A stretch of DNA of 64,000 nt from Eledone cirrhosa (Eukaryota): contig OZ024744.1 in the NCBI GenBank assembly GCA_964016885.1, forward strand, positions 101,928,001 to 101,992,000, written 5' to 3'. The notes under the pieces were generated by a model, which saw only the letters and a program-made list of their open reading frames with translations, had not been told where the DNA came from and did no database searches. Of the stretch, positions 59,200-64,000 are shown in pieces. Each line of letters starts with the position of its first letter. Within the stretch, counting starts at the first letter, position 1. Made by a program: the position numbers and the translations under genes.

Positions 59200-59518
59200 T
59201 ATTGGCCTTGCAATCGAAAGGTTGTGAGTTCAATTCTCAGACCGGGTGATGTGTTGTTTCCTTGAGCAAGACACTTTATTTCACATTGCTCCAGTTTACT
59301 CAGCTGTAGAAATGAGATGATAGGGACTGAGGTCCCTATCATTCCACTGTAAAGTGGACATGTAGGCGCCACGGCAAAAAAGCACCCAGCACTCACTGTA
59401 AATGAGGTTGGTGTTAGGAAGAGCATCCAGCTGTAGAAATCAAGCCAAAATCAGTTCCCGTCCCACCCTTGCAAGCAGGGAAAAAGCGGACGTAAAATGA
59501 AATGAAATGAATGAAATG

Positions 59519-59520
<2 letters not shown>
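59200..59520 (+). mobile_element. tRNA-derived SINE head joined to an RTE-like 3' UTR segment
   Basis: GAGTTCAATTC B-box and CCTTGAGCAAGACACTT core; 59345-59460 matches the RTE 3' UTR at ~13513-13628. Confidence 0.6.
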
Positions 59521-59579
<59 letters not shown>

Positions 59580-59584
<5 letters not shown>

Positions 59585-59808
59585 CAATACACAAAAACAA
59601 GATGGTGTAGGACAGAACAAAGGAGAGACACAAAATAAAAACCCAGTCACTGAAGAGTTCACGGAACGCGTGACGAAACAGATTTGACAATATATAAACA
59701 ACCTTCTGGTTATCGAACCAACCAAGCGGAAATTTATAATAAATTGAGGTGAAAACCAACAGGTGCGTGTGTTTTTATTGCCAGCATGACCCTCCCAAAG
59801 TATAACTA
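59580..59808 (+). mobile_element. Family A-related terminal fragment with a decayed HHR (59646-59688)
   Basis: GTCA-CTGAAGA-GTTCAC...GTGAC-GAAA-CAGA-TT-TGAC; ends CCCAAAGTATAAC as at 33218. Confidence 0.75.
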
Positions 59809-60439
59809 TACAAACACACACACACATTTATATATACACACATGCATATGTATGTGAGTGAATATATATATATGTACATATATATATATACACATGCATA
59901 CATAGACATATACACACATGCATATGTATGTGTGTATATATATGTGTATATATATATATACACACGCATATAAGTTTCTGTATATACATCTATCTATCTA
60001 TATATGTGTGTGTATAATGCATTTTTATGCATATATGATAGTATTAGATATGTGCGTGTTTATTTTAATATGGAGATGATTATGTGTCCCATTACGATTT
60101 TTTTTTAATTTCATTTCATTTTAAAATTATTTTTTTATTAAACATACGATGTCTTTTTTTTTCAAATGCATAATGAACATATATATATATATACATTATA
60201 TACGTACATGCATATATATTATACACACACACACACATATATATATATTACGGCTATACATAAAACAACAGTGTGTTTAAATATTAGTTTTTACGATTAG
60301 TTAATACGAAATCAAGACAAGAGAATTTTGTAAATAATTGTGTATTGTGCATGTTATGTATTATTAGTTTTGGTTTAATCCTGATTAATATTTTCTTCAC
60401 AAAAAGTCATGTATTGTCAGTTAATAAATGACTTTAGAT

Positions 60440-60485
<46 letters not shown>

Positions 60486-61303
60486 ATCTATGTTATATAT
60501 ATATATATATTTATTTTAAATTACTGTACCTATTGTATATAGTATTTAAATTGAGCCTAATGACTTTATTTTCTTGCCAATATTGTGAACATTTTCTTAT
60601 TTCCATACACCTATGTTTACAACTGAAATTAAGATCATAACATGCCAACGAGAAAACCTTTATATGGTTGATCGACAGTGTTAGAAATAATATCTAATTC
60701 CCTCAATGAAACATTGGATTCGGCGTCTCTCTCTTTTTCTAACAAGAAGGAATGGTCAAATCTGGAGCGCCTTTGATCACAGGTCTGCTCCATATTAGAG
60801 CCGAGTAACACGAAACAATTGCCGTCGAAAGTTATCATGGTGAGCGTGGTAGCTCGGACTGTTAAACATAGCACCCGAAATCTCCCGCAATCGTTCGTAA
60901 ATTACCATCTTAAAATATGAAGTACAAATTAAATGATAAATATAGTCATAAAATAAAATAAAATAAAATAAAAAGTAGAATGGGATGGTCACGGCTGTAA
61001 GGTATTATTTGATCATAGGTCTGCACAACCAGGTCTGACATGTGGCTTAAACAATTACTGTAGATCATCACAACATACTCATCTTTTCGAATATAAAACA
61101 CGGCATGGTGAAGCCTATTTCTAAACATTTTATAAATGTCAAATTTCTATTTTGAGTCTTATTCTTTTACTTTGTATTTTACGAATCTAATTTGTTCTTT
61201 CTTCTTTGTTTTTAAATATTATTCGTATTTTTTCAGTTACGACCAAGAAGTACCTTAATGATAATATATATAGATAGATATGTATTTTAATATATATATA
61301 TGT

Positions 61304-61341
<38 letters not shown>

Positions 61342-61631
61342 AAACAATTCATGAAAACGTGCGAGTGTATATATATATATATATATATATAGTATATACG
61401 GTGATCCTTCGTAAAGGCGCCAGAAGTTGATTTTCGCTTTCGTGTCGCCAAACAGGCCATGTACAGTATATATGTAAATATATGTTTTTATATATATATG
61501 TGTGTTTATATATACACACACACATATATATATACACACACAGATATATATATACACACACACATATATATATATACACACACATATATATACACACATA
61601 TATATATACACACACACATATATATATATAT

Positions 61632-61763
61632 ATAACGAAGGAAGTGTGGTAAGGAAACAGGTGGACCATAACGCACCAAAGTACTCAATACTTAGGGTAG
61701 TAGGAACGGGTAAGACCCCGACGGCTGAGCTCAAGCCGTTTCGACGGCTAATTCTGGACTAAA
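61632..61763 (-). mobile_element. Family C 3' fragment
   Basis: Matches 29832-29975; lies in (TA)n. Confidence 0.88.
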
Positions 61764-61969
61764 TATATATATGTGTCTATATATACATATATATATATAT
61801 CTTTATATATACATATGTATATATATATATATGTCTATATATACATATATATCTTTATACATACATATATGTATGTATATATATAGAAATATATACATAT
61901 ATATATATATATATGTCTATATATACATATATATATCTTTATACATACATATATATCTTTATACATACA

Positions 61970-62009
<40 letters not shown>

Positions 62010-62220
62010 TCTGTATATATAAATATGTATCTATAAAAAAGAAATATATATATAAAATGACCTGTTTAGAGACACGAAAGCATCGACTTCTGGCGCCTAA
62101 AACTAAGGATCACCGTATATATAACATACTATATATATATATATATACATACACATGTATATATATATATATACATACACACACGTGTGTGTGTGTATAC
62201 ATATACAAATATATAACCTT

Positions 62221-62272
<52 letters not shown>

Positions 62273-62304
62273 CATACACACATATATGTGATCACAGGTC
62301 TGCT

Positions 62305-62339
<35 letters not shown>

Positions 62340-62579
62340 GTATATAGATATGTATATAGATAGATAGATATTAGACCAAAACAAAACAGTCACACTGCAC
62401 ATAGTAAAAAAGAAAAACTACAGCATGCTACACCTTTCTTACACGATACATTACTTAGACTAGAGATGAGGTTAAGCTTGTGTGTATGTCTTAAATCAAC
62501 AGCAACGAAAATCTTTCATTTTTACTAAGCAATTATAAATGTAAGAATATAAATACACACACACATATATATATATATA

Positions 62580-62777
62580 TAAGCAATGAGTTATTTAATT
62601 TGTTGGTTATTCAACAAATTTAGTTTAGACAGATTCGAAGCACTCTACAATATTTCTTTTGGAGTATAATATCAATAATATTAATAAATGGAAACTATCT
62701 TTATAAAACCATATTTATTTTATATTATAATAAAATAAATATGGTTTTATAAAGATAGTTTCCATTTATTAATATTA

Positions 62778-62780
<3 letters not shown>
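62580..62780. mobile_element. Family E short foldback copy
   Basis: Arms ~62674-62723 and 62730-62779; homologous to 62817-62965. Confidence 0.8.
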
Positions 62781-62816
<36 letters not shown>

Positions 62817-62819
<3 letters not shown>

Positions 62820-63250
62820 CAGAAGGGATATTCAATTTGTTGGTAATTCAACAAATATAAATGTTTATAACTGATTCAGAGCACTCGACAAGTTTTCTGG
62901 AGTATAAAATACAATGATATTAAATAAATGGAAAGTATATTTATAAAACCATATTTATTCTATTATATATATATTTCAGGGGTACCAAAATTTTGGTACG
63001 CTATCATCAGAGAAAATACGAAGTGTGTTTTATAAATTTTGACATAACCAAGAAAAATATACCTTAACGGTTCAAGTTATCCAAGGATTACTTGAACCGT
63101 TTAGGTATATTATCTTTGGTCATGTCAAAATTTATAAAACACACTTCGTATTTTATCTGATGATAGCGTACCAAAATTTTGGTACCCCTGAAATATATAT
63201 ATAATAGAATAAATATGGTTTTATAAATATACTTTCCATTTATTTAATAT

Positions 63251-63258
<8 letters not shown>
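62817..63258. mobile_element. Family E foldback element
   Basis: 62909-63082 is inverted versus 63085-63258; the left arm has ~92 bp extra; (TA)n flanks. Confidence 0.88.
63149..63211 (+). ncRNA. Type I HHR (mirror at 62956-63018, -)
   Basis: TATTTTAT-CTGATGA-TAGCGTACCAAAATTTTGGTACCCCT-GAAA-TATATATA-TA-ATAGAATA. Confidence 0.82.
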
Positions 63259-63300
<42 letters not shown>

Positions 63301-63627
63301 ACCAGAGATGGCTATATATATAGCCATCTCTGGTCAATTGCTGACTCTTTACAAAGTCTGACCCATATTAGATTAGATAGAGTTTACTAATAATCACATT
63401 TCGTCGGAGGCGTAGCAAGCAGATGCCACAGAAACATTTTTAGACCAAACTGATTATTAGCAACAAACAGCCGGCTCGCTAACCAACTAACATTACAGAC
63501 ACAAACACAACGATATATGCTAACATCACTTTTTAAAAATCATTTCTTTCTTTCATTACATTACAACCCGTTCCATGCTGCTTCCACTAAACCTAACTAG
63601 ATCCAAGTAACTGACACACACACACAC

Positions 63628-63695
<68 letters not shown>

Positions 63696-64000
63696 ATATA
63701 TATATGTATTATATATATATTATATATCTATATTTTATATATTATATATATATATTTTATATATATATATATATATATTTATGTATCATATATATATATA
63801 TATATATCACACGCAACTGTGCCATCTTCTATCGAACACTCACTTCCTCAATATCAATGTTTCGACAAATCCTCTGTCCGAATCTCATGCTTTGAACCAG
63901 CTCTTTCCTTTCGTATGTTTTCTTTTTCTCTAGTCATCATATATATATGCGTATACGTTTATATATATATGAATATATATATATGGATATATATAGATAT

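Overview
Eukaryotic, AT-rich, repeat-saturated DNA with no convincing host protein gene. The microsatellite load and SINE/LINE types suggest a mollusc, most likely an octopus (inference). Bases 1-6480 are a strand-asymmetric 15/16-bp satellite with higher-order blocks. The rest is a nest of retroelements in (TA)n, (TG)n and (TATG)n tracts: RTE-clade LINEs, R4/Dong-type RLE retrotransposons, four Penelope-like elements (PLEs), a 2.4-kb non-coding LTR element with a tRNA-Trp PBS, a deleted mariner and tRNA-derived SINEs. The main hidden signal is about 20 type I hammerhead ribozyme (HHR) motifs from about 12 sequence families, all folded by eye. Many lie in head-to-head inverted terminal repeats of PLEs or non-coding PLE-like elements inserted in (TA)n. 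Three unrelated families carry a U3:A8 core instead of C3:G8. One has a ~103-nt stem II, and one lies in a 466-bp non-coding unit with terminal redundancy (retrozyme-like). Coordinates were read by hand and element ends are approximate.
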